NCBI GenBank assembly: GCA_032718475.1
Contig: JAUCBJ010006694.1
Coordinates: 29,167 to 93,166 of the forward strand
Direction: 5' to 3'
From: Nemertoderma westbladi
Lineage: Eukaryota; Animalia; Xenacoelomorpha
DNA: 64,000 nt
The notes under the pieces are model-generated. The model saw only the letters and a list, made by a program, of their open reading frames with translations, was not told the DNA's origin and made no database searches. This document shows, piece after piece, positions 1 through 9,446 of the stretch. Made by a program: the position numbers and the translations under genes. Each line of letters starts with the position of its first letter. The first letter of the stretch is position 1.

Positions 1-76
1 TAAAGTATATTTATAAATCAAAAGACATATAAATTTTGGCAGGTTAAACTGCTAAAGGTCTTCAAAAGCGCGTACA
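1..76 (+). repeat. 3' end (U5) of the 5' LTR of element A
   Basis: Near-identical to 10629-10704 and to the end of C's LTR (to 31339); ends ...GCGCGTACA. Confidence 0.9.
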
Positions 77-87
77 ATAACAGTCAT
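77..87 (+). promoter_or_regulatory. Putative primer-binding site, complementary to an LTR-internal 11-mer (self-priming type)
   Basis: ATAACAGTCAT directly abuts the LTR-terminal CA, has no TGG, and is the exact reverse complement of ATGACTGTTAT at 9948-9958 and 30563-30573. Confidence 0.7.
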
Positions 88-354
88 TGACTTTATTGCA
101 GTAAGCAATAAAGTTGAAAGTACCGGTCAAAACCGGTACTTCTGTAGGTCTGTAGGCAGGTAGGCCCAACTGTCCTAACCGGTACTTCCAGTATAAGTAC
201 ATTAGTATTATTTCGATTGTGATCTATAGTATATTGTAGGCTACCAGAGGAATAGGGATTGATCACCCCTCATTCTTTTGTATAGTTTACTTATTTCTGT
301 CAGTTTTATTTCCTAGTAAGTTAATATTGAGCTGAAGACGTGTAAGTCTGCTCA

Positions 355-935
355 GATTGTTCAGATAATTGTAGGCCAGACTGTTGTCGGATTGTTGTTG
401 AGTTTGGAGAGATTACGGCGTGTGTAGAGTTTGTCTGATAGAGTGCCGTTAGTAAGTTGGGGCAGCCATATGCTGCAAGGTCAATCCCCTCTTAAAGAAT
501 AAGTCGTACTACCGTGTTAGAACGCATACTAACTAACTATTTCAGAATCTGCATATACTGTAGTTTATTTAGGCTTGATCGTAGTCTGCCAACGTTTTGG
601 CCTGTGTTTGTTTGTGTGGTCTGTTCAGGTACCGTAATAGTTATTGCTCAGATATTTTGTAGGCTGGATTGTTGTCTAGCTATTATTAGGTCTGAAGAGA
701 TTGCTGCTTGTGTAGAGTTGTCTGATAAAGTGCCAGTTAGTAAGTTGGGGTAGTCATAACTGTAAGGTCAATCCCCTCTTAAAGAATAAGTCGTACTACC
801 GTGTTAGAACGCATACTAACTAACCGTTTTGGAATCTGCACATACAGTAGTTTATTTAGGCTTGGTGGTAGTCTGCCAGCGTTTTGGTTTGTATTTGTTT
901 GAGTATTCTGTACGGGTAGCGTAATATTTATTATT
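355..935 (+). repeat. Diverged tandem duplication (~287-bp unit, 2 copies) in the 5' leader of element A
   Basis: TCAATCCCCTCTTAAAGAATAAGTCGTACTACCGTGTTAGAACGCATACTAACTAAC occurs at 481 and 768, with similar flanks. Confidence 0.85.
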
Positions 936-1864
936 CAGAGTTTATGCGATTATTCGCAACATTCATGTCCCCAAGTTTATTCCTACAGTAATTGTGCTTG
1001 TTATACATACCGTTATAGTTAAACTAACCCCGGTACTACATCAGGGCTGCTCGGCGTAGGTAAAGACTGGAGATTTTGTGCTTCGGTCACTCCAGCAGAT
1101 GCCGTGGTTCTTTTAACCATAGTATATTTAACTACTGATTATTTGTTATACCGGTACTTGTACCTAATTTAGGGTTTAGTGTACAGTGCTTTCCGAAGTA
1201 ATTAGTGTAGGCAGTATATTTGTGTTGTAAAGTGGTTGATAGGCACATTCGTTAGCTCTATTAGCTTCTGGGTAGGAACAATCCGTGATACATAACGTAG
1301 TACCTATAGCGATACGGTTATAGGTCGTCAGGCGGTGGTATTTTCCTATCTGGACAGTACAATATATTTACTACTACTTATTATTTCAAATACCGTAGTA
1401 CCCTGTCCGTTGTAATAACCAGAATTCTAACCCTTTGTTAGGCTGGTTTGTAGACTTCCTGTAAAATTACCCTAAAAATTTCGTACGTAATATTTTGTTG
1501 TGTTTAATTAGAGAATTAATCTCACCCGTATCGTAAGTAATTTGTAGTATTAAGTAACTTAGGTAAATTAGAATTATCAGTTTTAGTGTCAAATAAATAG
1601 CACTTCACTGAGAGGCGTTCAGCTTCTGTGTAGTGACTCCCCCAGAAATAATAACATTTATTTCAAATATTGACAAAAAACCCATTTAAACGGGTATATA
1701 TCTATTATAAATCAACTCAAACGATTTATAAATAGTAGGCCTGCCAGACAACAACTAGGTCTCAATATCAGTTGGACTGCTGCTTAAATAACGGTAATAA
1801 AGTAAGTTAAAGTAACCAAGTAACCCTAAAAATATTCAGAAATTCAATTATTCTAAAATAATTG

Positions 1865-2110
1865 ACATACCGGTATTTACCATAGGCTTATTATATTTAT
1901 TTCTATAAATTTGAGCTGAAATCATACCGGTATTCTGTAATTAATTCTAGTAATAATTATACTTATATATACTATAAGTGTCAGCTGTATACCGGTATTC
2001 ACGATAGGCCTATTATATATTTATATATTTGTGCTAAAATTATATACCGGTACTCTGTGACAAATCTAGTCTGTAATAGTACTTATATATATATTATAAG
2101 CATACCGGTA
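1865..2110 (+). repeat. ~120-bp tandem repeat (~60-bp sub-period) with TACCGGTA palindromes
   Basis: TACCGGTA at 1868, 1925, 1990, 2045 and 2103 with repeated intervening sequence. Confidence 0.75.
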
Positions 2111-2247
2111 TTTTAATATATTATATATATATCACGCTACACTGAGTAGCAGTATCGGTAATTAATTATTAGGCTAACAGTGATACTGAATTACTAGACT
2201 TGCTTTAACTGTAATATAGCAGTGGGCATTCGACTGTACAATCAAAC

Positions 2248-3918
2248 ATGGCTGACACAAGGCAAACTCTGTCAGATAGTCTTTTAGAAACAACAGCCTG
2301 TTTCTCAGATCAAAGTGTAGAGAATCCCAGACCGAGGTCTGAGACCCCTCCTACTGTAAGAAGGGCAACCCCTGCAGTAGTTGTGTCAGAACCTAGGTTG
2401 GTAGAAGCGATTTCGCAATTTGCGAAGTTAGTGAAGCGCCGTAGGTCTGCCATAGGCACTCGGGCCCAAGTTAAGCGGGATCAGGAAGCAGCTGTCAAAC
2501 AGCAGCGACATCCTAGCCAAGAACCTAGTTCCCAGCAGCCCGATAGCTCCAGTAGTTCGGAGACTGTTGAGCGGACGCCCGAACGCGGAGCGAAGATGGC
2601 GGATACGGTTTATGATGAGCGGCCAACCTTTGAAGAATCAACCGACGCCACTTCTTCTCAAGTGGAAAGCGAAGTGGAAAGCGAAGTGGAAAGCCAAGTG
2701 GAAAGCGAAGTGGAAAGTGAAGTGGAAAGCGAATTAACAGCAGCAGAGAAGCCACGAACTAGAGATGCCATTGACATCTATCTGTCAGACTATCAGCGAT
2801 TCGTAGGAGACGAAGAGTTGAGGAGACGACTGTCTGGACTTCGCCCTAATAGTGAAGGAACCAAGCTTGTGTTAGACGCAATCGATGCGGAAATGTTAGC
2901 TGCAAACAAAGCTAAATTTGATGAACAACTCCGCATCACTAGAGTCCAAGAAGAACAAGTAAGGGGAAAACTAATCGAAAGCAGAAAGACAGCAGCAGCG
3001 GCAGTGGCAGAAGCAGACAGAAAGGCGGCAGAAGCAATGGCAGAAGCAGACAGAAAGGCGGCAGAAGCAATAGCAGAAGCAGACAGAAAAGCGGCAGCGG
3101 CAGTGGAAGCAGCAAAAGCAGCAGCAGCAATGGCATTGGCAGAAGCAGAACAGAGAGCGTCTGAAGAGACCACCCAAATGGAGTTGGAAAATCTTCAAGA
3201 GACGCAAGACAGCATAAATAAACAGTTAACTGCTAGTCAAATGCAGATGATGAGTCGATCTACTCCCAAACGCCAAGGATACACATCATCGGAGGAAGGC
3301 GAGACCACCGATCCTGAAGGCAGAGGAAATAGATCTCGTCTCAGTAGGCGTAGAAAGACATCTCACCGTCATAAATTGCCCGATTTGCCCCCCGCTGTTA
3401 GAAGACAAATAGCTAGCACAGACTTAAGTAGTACAGAACCCACAGACCAAATTATTACCGTAAATAGACTCCCTACTATAGTAGATGAGCCTGAAATAAT
3501 TAGGCCTGTCGTTCCCAAAGTCACTTCTGTGTTAGAGACCCCTGTACTTCCAGAGCTTAACTCTAAATTCCCTTTACATAGTACTACACTGCCTGTACCC
3601 GGTGGAACAGTCCAAGAGAATATCCCTGTCCAGATAGCAGAGAGAGAAATCAATAATTTGTCTCCCGTCGTCCCGCGTCAGCCCGCTACTATGTTGGCGA
3701 CTCCCGCTTCGGCGGTTGAGTGGGTGGAAGAGGGACGGCGGGGGATGAATCTCCTGCTAGGACAGATGCAGGAGACTGTCCACCAACTTAAGGGAACAGT
3801 GAGGGAAGGTAGAGCAGAGTTGCAAGAAGTGCAGCAAAGTATCGCGCTAGAACGCGATAAATTAGTCAATATCCAAAAGGGCATACCAATACCCCCTGTA
3901 ACACCTGTAACCCTGTAA
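2248..3918 (+). CDS. gag: Bel/Pao Gag N-terminal part (coiled-coil, low complexity), element A; frameshifted from the downstream ORF
   Basis: Collinear with the in-frame Gag of copy C; 12-bp (VESE) and 33-bp (AEADRKAAEA) coding repeats; frame broken by a CCTGTAAC repeat expansion at ~3893-3938. Confidence 0.8.
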   Translation: MADTRQTLSDSLLETTACFSDQSVENPRPRSETPPTVRRATPAVVVSEPRLVEAISQFAKLVKRRRSAIGTRAQVKRDQEAAVKQQRHPSQEPSSQQPDSSSSSETVERTPERGAKMADTVYDERPTFEESTDATSSQVESEVESEVESQVESEVESEVESELTAAEKPRTRDAIDIYLSDYQRFVGDEELRRRLSGLRPNSEGTKLVLDAIDAEMLAANKAKFDEQLRITRVQEEQVRGKLIESRKTAAAAVAEADRKAAEAMAEADRKAAEAIAEADRKAAAAVEAAKAAAAMALAEAEQRASEETTQMELENLQETQDSINKQLTASQMQMMSRSTPKRQGYTSSEEGETTDPEGRGNRSRLSRRRKTSHRHKLPDLPPAVRRQIASTDLSSTEPTDQIITVNRLPTIVDEPEIIRPVVPKVTSVLETPVLPELNSKFPLHSTTLPVPGGTVQENIPVQIAEREINNLSPVVPRQPATMLATPASAVEWVEEGRRGMNLLLGQMQETVHQLKGTVREGRAELQEVQQSIALERDKLVNIQKGIPIPPVTPVTL

Positions 3919-3965
3919 CCCCCCTGTAACCCCCTGTTAGGTCTGAAGTATTACATGCGCAAGGT

Positions 3966-6461
3966 GTGGAGCCTACACGCATCTATACTGCTAGTGAAGT
4001 TGAAACTCCTATAGCAAACTCTATTAAGGGTGATTATAGACCTGTTATTAATGATATTCCCTATAGACCTGATAATGATCCGAGAAATTTATATACCGAT
4101 AATTCGATATTAAATAACACGATGGCCCAAGAAAGCTTTACGCGTCAGATGGCTAGAACAGAAGCCCGCCAAGCGGTCAAAGTGGGAGAGATCGTCAAAT
4201 TCAATGGAGATGAGATGAAATGGTTACCTTTCAACGAATATTACAAAGATAGCATACAGAACTCTGTACTATCTAACGGAGAGAAACTTAGATTCCTCAT
4301 CAAGTGCTTGGAAGGACCTCCCAAGTTAATGGCGTTAAAGTTTATTGGACATCCAGATGGATTAAGACAAGTTTGGGATACATTAAACATCAGGTATGGT
4401 AACAAGGATAACATAGCTAAGTATTTGTATGCAAAATTAGTAGCCCCCCGACACTTCCTTAGTAGCGGGATTATAGAGTTTTCCGATGAGATTCAGGAAA
4501 TCTGTAGACAATTGGACTGGTTAGGTAAGTCTCATGAATATCAGAGTTCCATGGTTATTGGAGCCGTAGTCTCTACTTTACCAAAGGGTGGAGTATGTAC
4601 GCGCTGGGACAAGAAAGTGTTGTACATGAATGAACAACAACAACGAAGTCCTACCATGGCTGATCTCATGTCTTTCTTAGATAGTGAAGTAAAATTACAA
4701 CTCATAAGGCAGTCCAGAGAGAAAACATCGGAAAATAAGGTAAGTGAGAAACCCGTTTCTAGGAGAAGGATAATACCAGTGTGTTATACTGACGACGGCG
4801 AAAGCCAAGCTTCTCAAGAAGAGGACAGCGGGAAAGACACAGCAAATTCTTACTATGACAACAAGAACTATAAAGACGTAAGTAAACACAAGTCTCGAAC
4901 CAGTGACAGGAGAGAACAGGTAACAACAACTCCTCCTACGTCTCCTAAGAGAATTCACGGAAGAAAGCCCGAAGAAAGAACGAGAGTGCAGAACGTTAAC
5001 CAAGTTAAGGTGAGTAACATCAAACCAAAATGTGCGCTGTGCGACGGGCCCCACCGTTTGAGTGCGTGTGCAGAATTCCTAAAGAAATCCATGGCAGATA
5101 GACGTGGAGTCCTGTGGGATAAGCGGTTATGTTATAACTGTCTCAGACGCGGACACCAGCGGCGAACCTGTTACTCTGACGCAAGGTGTGCTAAGTGCGG
5201 CGCGAAACATCATAGCTTGTTGCACACGGAATTCGAACGAAACAGCCCGAGTCAGGTAAGTGAGCCCAAATCACATGTCCAATTCAGTGATGTGAACGAC
5301 ACTGACCAAAGTTCTGAGTGGGAAGGATTCTATACGGACGAATTCTCCGATGCCAACGAATCCTGTTATCTAATAAATACCGCAGTGTATCGAGCACTTA
5401 CTTACGAAAAGGACATCAACGATGAGTTTCCCCCAACTACTTTCGCCAAACAACCATCTTGGAAAGCTCCAGCTTCCAACGTAGGAATCAGAGAATTTCC
5501 TGTAGTTCAAGTAAGAGTTCACGGTCTTAACAAAAGCTACATAGTGAACGCCCTCCTTGACTCCGGCAGCACAGGAACATTCATCGATCAAGAACTAGCC
5601 GAAGATATCTTTGCTGGACAACCCAAGTTCCGGACTAAATTGAATATGTCAGGAATTATGCAGGTTTGGAAATCTACCCTAACGGTAGATTACTATGTAG
5701 GTGTGTTGTCCACCCCCCAGGATAAGTTAGGAACACAAGGTATAAGGTCAGTAAAAATGGTGGCCATAAAGAACTTTGCTACTACTCAAGCAGAACCTTA
5801 TAACTGGGACGAGGACGAGTGCATCCAACATCTTGAGATACCTCGATTCCAAACCGATTATCCTGGAGTGCAAATCCTCATCGGCCAAAACGCGCATGAG
5901 GCGCTCGAGACATTGGAGAAACGGCCTGCTCAACCGCAGCCATTACAAACTTATGCGGTAAGAACTAGAGTAGGTTGGTACTTCACTGGCCCTTCCCGTA
6001 GAACTCTCAAAGAGAGATTACCTCAACAACAGGTATACCAAGTAAAGGGGGAAGTGGAGAGCAGTGATGTGGACGATCCAACTGAGGGAACACCATACTC
6101 CTCAGATAATGACGATATTAACTCCAATGTAGATCAATGGAGACATTGCCTTGGGACGATTAATCCAGCCGACATCGATTCCAGAGGAGCAACTCCTCAA
6201 GAACTGATAGATACTCCAGGCTGGTTAGGTGGATCCGACTCCTTAAGTAAGGAAGAAGAAGAATGGCCTCCTCATCTTACCACGGCAGAAATTAGACAGG
6301 CCAAGGGAGCGGAGAAAGTAACACAACAACTCAATCGCCCAGCTAGTCGTTTATGTTTACTGGAAAGAGACCGAAAACTGTCCGGAAACTATGGAAGGCA
6401 AGATACTCTTCCTACGACTACTTCCCTAATCCGACAAATATCTAGGGACTCCATAACGTGA
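3966..6461 (+). CDS. Bel/Pao Gag (DUF1759-like, 3 zinc knuckles) + aspartic protease, fused in frame to RNase H and integrase C-terminal remnants
   Basis: FNGDEMKWLPF; CALCDGPH..C, CYNCLRRGH..C, CAKCGAKHHSLLH; protease LLDSGS; in-frame deletions at ~6120 and ~6320 relative to copies B and C. Confidence 0.9.
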   Translation: MEPTRIYTASEVETPIANSIKGDYRPVINDIPYRPDNDPRNLYTDNSILNNTMAQESFTRQMARTEARQAVKVGEIVKFNGDEMKWLPFNEYYKDSIQNSVLSNGEKLRFLIKCLEGPPKLMALKFIGHPDGLRQVWDTLNIRYGNKDNIAKYLYAKLVAPRHFLSSGIIEFSDEIQEICRQLDWLGKSHEYQSSMVIGAVVSTLPKGGVCTRWDKKVLYMNEQQQRSPTMADLMSFLDSEVKLQLIRQSREKTSENKVSEKPVSRRRIIPVCYTDDGESQASQEEDSGKDTANSYYDNKNYKDVSKHKSRTSDRREQVTTTPPTSPKRIHGRKPEERTRVQNVNQVKVSNIKPKCALCDGPHRLSACAEFLKKSMADRRGVLWDKRLCYNCLRRGHQRRTCYSDARCAKCGAKHHSLLHTEFERNSPSQVSEPKSHVQFSDVNDTDQSSEWEGFYTDEFSDANESCYLINTAVYRALTYEKDINDEFPPTTFAKQPSWKAPASNVGIREFPVVQVRVHGLNKSYIVNALLDSGSTGTFIDQELAEDIFAGQPKFRTKLNMSGIMQVWKSTLTVDYYVGVLSTPQDKLGTQGIRSVKMVAIKNFATTQAEPYNWDEDECIQHLEIPRFQTDYPGVQILIGQNAHEALETLEKRPAQPQPLQTYAVRTRVGWYFTGPSRRTLKERLPQQQVYQVKGEVESSDVDDPTEGTPYSSDNDDINSNVDQWRHCLGTINPADIDSRGATPQELIDTPGWLGGSDSLSKEEEEWPPHLTTAEIRQAKGAEKVTQQLNRPASRLCLLERDRKLSGNYGRQDTLPTTTSLIRQISRDSIT

Positions 6462-6982
6462 TAGCATGTGGAGTGGGCGTGTGACTATATCATTTTATAT
6501 TTGTTTTTATTTTATATTTATGTATGTATTATTATGTAATTTTATTATAATCGTTTTCTTTAATTTTATTTAGTAGAATGTTATTTTAGAGATTATTTAG
6601 TAGATTAGTGCAATATATTAGTGTTTATTACGTATGTAATTACTTATAATATATATTTAGTGCGACGGCGAGAAATAATTATTTTTCTCTTTCCTTACTG
6701 TCCGTATCATATTATAAATACGTGACTACAGTAAGATGAAATGTCCGTACTTATTAAAGTACAATAAAGCCGCTACTATATTTAAGTATTATTGGTAGGC
6801 AGAGTATTAGGAATGCAAAGTTCAGATCCTCGTGTCTCGGCTAAACCAAGCTCTGTGTAGACCTTGGAAACGACTTGCCTCTTCACACTGACATTGCTTC
6901 GTGCGATATTGCTCTTCTACCTTATAACAAATAATACATATAGTAGCGTGATGTCCCTCTAACAGTAGCGTAGATCGCAAAT

Positions 6983-7300
6983 AAATCTGTTAAACCTTTT
7001 GACCATCTGTAATTCTAGTCGATTAAGATATCGCGGCACCCACCGATATACTTGAAAGACAAATTCTAGAATCAGTGGTTAACGTCCCCAGACAAGTTCT
7101 GGAATAAATCGGTGCCCATCTTAAATATTAATTTAATATTTATTAAAATCTGTAAAATTCAGATCCTTTAAAATTTCTAGTCAATTAAGATATCGCAGCA
7201 CTTACCGATACTCTTAAAAGACAATTTTATAGAATTAAGGATCCTAAGTCCCCAGACATGCTCTGGAATAAAAATTGTGTCAAATTTAACATCAAATAAT
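6983..7300 (+). repeat. Tandem ~163-bp duplicated unit in the pol-ORF3 spacer, kept in copies A, B, C and D
   Basis: TTCTAGTC(G/A)ATTAAGATATCGC...CCCAGACA...CTGGAATAAA occurs twice (from ~7013 and ~7175); also at ~15100-15365, ~28020-28280 and ~57060-57330. Confidence 0.8.
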
Positions 7301-8089
7301 AAAATTCACGGGAATAAATTTAAATTCATATTTTAAATTAATTTCATAAATTGTCATTTTGTGCAATTTATAACATTCTCAAAATTCCATTAATTAATAG
7401 ATCATGGGAGCGGAGATTCATCCTATTGAGTGTATTAGAGTGCGAGAATCTCCAACATATAGTCAATAGCCGATAAAATTAATAAAATCATGTATAAAGA
7501 GGATATTGACAATTAAAGAATTACTATTAAATAGCATTCCAGATCTGTATGCATGAGAATTACCCTAATTCTACCGCTAGCATTCCATAATGTCACCATA
7601 GCAACACCCACGCTAGAATTAGAAGCAAGTTAAGAAAACAATAGAAAGCTTGTCACATTGCATAGCATAGAGAATATAGCACACTGTTAGTATCCAAGGA
7701 TACACAGTAATAACGTGACATTCTGGAAGGCACTGACTAACGGACAAATGGCCTGTATGTGTACAATTGGTGACAGTTGTGTGGAATTTGTGCGTTTATA
7801 GGTGAATGTTACTGCTAAGGTGTGTTTACAGTAGCTAGTCGCAATTGTGAAAGTAACCCAACTCTCCTATAGAAAGAACCTAAAGTGGATTCAAGCCTTT
7901 GGGACGGACAGTGGAGTGACTTGTGCCGGTTATCGTTGTCGTACTGTTGCTACATGTTGGCGTAAACACCGCGACAACGGTACATCGGCGCTGAGGATCC
8001 CACTGTCCGGGGGCAAAGAGAGGTAGGCAGCGACGTCCGCTCGCCTAAACATAAACTCATTTCGATATTAACAAACTCAGATAGCAGAT

Positions 8090-9368
8090 ATGACGGAGTT
8101 GATAGAAGATGATCTTGGTATCAGGGAGCGATATACTCTACCTTTACAAGCATTTGTGGATAGCTTGATACGCGGTGAAACCGATCCAACCATTACGGAG
8201 GACGATGGTCGTTATATCGAACTGCCGACGTCCCAAGAGCAACTTATGCGTGAATTGGACTATCGAAAATTCACCGCTCGCTATACGCATCGTAATAATA
8301 CGTATATGGACCTCCTAACTACCGGCCATCCTATCGATTTACATGATACGGACGATGTAGACACCGAAAGGGAAATGGTTCTATTTAAATATCATACCCA
8401 GCGGCGTCGTAACGATAAATCGAGAATAGATCACGAAAATTCTATTCGTAACAGACTGGGAAGACGAACCAATATGCCTAGAATCTGAGGAGATTCAGCC
8501 TATCGCGCTCGGAACAGCGACAACGATTACATCCTGGAATGGTATCAAGGTCCACTGCGTACGATTATCGCCATGACAACTGTGTTTCTCGGCAACGTTG
8601 TCGGTTATGCGCATCGAGAGACCATGTTACGCCCATGGACACAGACGTCCGCTGTTCCTATTTCCACGAACAACCGGCGATGGAAATTTATTGCGCGTAT
8701 TGCAGATTTAATGATTTGCACGTTTTTGCGGTTTGCCCTCAATTTGTGACTCAATGTCACCATTGTCAACTGGGGGGACACGCCAGTTTCGATTGCCCTT
8801 TTAATCGCAATTTGGAGGGCGTGGATGAAATGATCACACTACGTTACATTAGAGCTTGGGAAGCGAAGGCTGATTTACATCGTGATTCGCGCCATCGCTA
8901 TTATCCTGGACGCGCTTACGAAGGAATTTATGCGTTCCATTCTTATCTATTCGCTTCTGTCGAACAGAAATCACGCATATCGAGTTACAGGAAGTATATC
9001 GACGGCCTTACGAGTACAGAGCCCGCAAATGCGAGTTGGAAAGAACCATTAAACCAAGGAAGTTTCTAACTGCCTATGGTCCACCCACGGCCCTCGTTCA
9101 GACCACTCGTAAAGGACCCGTAAGAGCGGCTGTCTTGAAACGAGCTCTCAAAGCCGTTAGACCCCTCTCACCTGACGTTGATGTCAATCAACCCGGTACT
9201 TCGACTGGCGGATACACCGACCATAATCCTACACCCTCTGATGCAATCATATTGCACCCTTCACCCAGGAGTTATAGCCCTCCTTGTAAAGTGGCTCGCC
9301 CCAAAGAGAAAGGGACTCTGGCTAGCTTTAAAAAACTGCGTAAACGCCGTCCGCGCAAGAAAGACTAA
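8090..9368 (+). pseudogene. 3' accessory ORF region of element A (frameshifted and deleted relative to B and C)
   Basis: ORFs 8090-8488, 8539-9069 and 9036-9368 match pieces of the B/C ORFs; 8-bp deletion near 8553 and a deletion between two GAGTTAC copies at ~8985. Confidence 0.75.
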
Positions 9369-9446
9369 CTGTTTAGAGTATTTACGTATATTAGAAACTG
9401 TGATTTTGTATATTTCATAGACTCAAATCCCATTTTCTGGGAGCGG

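Noticed and set aside
2525-3884. Short antisense and overlapping ORFs here and throughout gag-pol regions
   Set aside because: Shadows of coding or low-complexity repeats, with no independent motifs
3890-3966. Programmed gag frameshift in element A
   Set aside because: Copy C is in frame here; the shift is due to a local CCTGTAAC repeat expansion and no slippery heptamer is evident
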